DNA of 54,871 nucleotides from Aplysia californica (Eukaryota). Below the pieces are notes generated by a model. That model had not been told where the DNA came from. It saw only the letters and a program-made list of their open reading frames with translations, and ran no database searches. Below, piece after piece: positions 54,711 through 54,871 of the stretch (within the stretch, counting starts at the first letter, position 1; each line of letters starts with the position of its first letter). A program made the translations under genes and the position numbers. The stretch is taken from contig NW_004797825.1 of assembly GCF_000002075.1 (NCBI RefSeq), positions 137,422 through 192,292 on the forward strand, written 5' to 3'.

Positions 54711-54796
54711 CTGTGGATGAACAAGAACCCAAAACCAAATATATGTATGTTGTTTTCATTGAAAAATTAATAGCATTACTCTATATAAATGACTTT

Positions 54797-54798
<2 letters not shown>

Positions 54799-54849
<51 letters not shown>
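54799..54849. repeat. (CAT)n microsatellite
   Basis: Seen directly. Confidence 0.95.
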
Positions 54850-54871
54850 TACCCTCTCACCCCCTCATTTC

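Overview
Intron-rich, AT-rich animal genomic DNA with three assembly gaps. The SINE repertoire suggests a mollusc, probably a gastropod (inference). Three spliced protein-coding genes can be rebuilt by hand with consistent intron phases. (1) BABAM2/BRE (BRISC/BRCA1-A subunit), minus strand, 8 coding exons from ATG 6776 down to 116, continuing off the left edge. (2) KIZ (centrosomal protein kizuna), plus strand, apparently complete, 16 coding exons 13313-34663, about 715 aa. (3) A two-pore channel, TPC3-like, minus strand, 17 coding exons from 54710 down to stop 39328, with the 5' end off the right edge. BABAM2 and KIZ are head-to-head; KIZ and TPC3 are tail-to-tail. Introns and intergenic DNA carry many non-autonomous DNA transposons (Tigger/pogo-, piggyBac-, hAT-, Harbinger- and Crypton-like), tRNA-derived SINEs, a Tc1 transposase relic, an RTE LINE 3' fragment and simple repeats. 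Most ORFs in the supplied track are spurious or are single exons read through into introns. No prokaryote-type system (CRISPR, defence operon) is present. The best leads are: a cryptic RhoGAP-like domain inside kizuna that keeps an EGYYR arginine-finger motif; a minor-spliceosome (U12) intron with rare AT-AA termini in TPC3; a dual acceptor/donor site that could lengthen the TPC3 domain-II S3-S4 linker; a candidate poison microexon in KIZ; and a decayed intron-containing PHD-finger gene inside a BABAM2 intron.
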